This document shows positions 63,490-64,000 of a stretch of DNA of 64,000 nucleotides, in pieces. The stretch spans positions 28,449,438-28,513,437 of the forward strand of contig NC_054751.1 of the NCBI RefSeq assembly GCF_018143015.1. The letters are read 5' to 3'. The notes beneath the pieces are model-generated. The model had not been told where the DNA came from and made no database searches. It saw only the letters and a program-made list of their open reading frames with translations. The DNA is from Lytechinus variegatus (Eukaryota). Position numbers and translations under genes: made by a program. The first letter of the stretch is position 1; every line of letters starts with the position of its first letter.

Positions 63490-64000
63490 TTCAGAAGAAT
63501 GCTGAAAATTTGATCAAAATCGGATAAAAAAAGTAGAAAGTTATTGAATTTTAAATATTTGCATTATTCTGGTGAAACTATTCTAGGCATGTCTTATTCA
63601 TTAGGTGGGCTGATGATGTCATATTCCCCACCTGTTCTTTTATATTTTATTATATGAAATAAGATTTATTCAAAAAATTTCTACCAAGAACTCAAACAAT
63701 TGGATGGACAACTGATTAAGTGCATATTAGTTATTTATTGCCGCAACTTATTTCATCATAATGGAGACACATCATTTACACATGAATGAAAAAAATGAAA
63801 CATTTATGATTTCATGTAATAACATAATAAAAAGGAATGTGAAATCCTTAGGCCACCTAATGAAAAGTCATGACGATGTGCATATAACTGTTTTCACAAA
63901 ATATTGATAAATTTTAAAATTCAATAACTTAAATCGTTATGATTGTTATCCGATTTTGATGAAATCTTTTAGCATTTTGCTTTGTGAATTTTACTCTATT

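Overview
This window is eukaryotic genomic DNA, not prokaryotic. It is AT-rich, interrupted by GT-AG introns, and densely populated with tRNA-derived SINEs, TIR-bounded MITEs, foldback elements and microsatellites. The repeat content resembles echinoderm or other marine-invertebrate deuterostome genomes, but the taxon cannot be fixed from sequence alone. Three protein-coding genes can be reconstructed by hand from splice sites, reading phase and recognisable protein motifs. (1) The 3' portion of a plus-strand gene, nine coding exons at 591-7481, encodes TPR repeats, an RRM and a C-terminal CCCH (C-x7-C-x5-C-x3-H) zinc finger; its 5' exons lie upstream of the window. (2) A complete major vault protein (MVP) gene on the plus strand has 25 coding exons from ATG 16182 to stop 46608, an 861-codon reading frame including the stop; its MVP repeat motifs (AGDEW/GEEWLV), shoulder and coiled-coil regions are all recognisable. 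(3) A complete MAK16 homolog on the minus strand has 7 coding exons (60818 down to 52119, 309 aa) and lies tail-to-tail with MVP. The introns and intergenic DNA hold many non-autonomous transposons: piggyBac-like TTAA-flanked MITEs with a palindromic G-run/C-run core, several TIR families, large foldbacks and at least two SINE families. Several transposon termini sit directly on splice acceptors. MVP intron 10 contains an (AGT)n tract of about 820 bp that begins exactly at the splice donor. No prokaryotic-style system (CRISPR, operon, defence island) is present.
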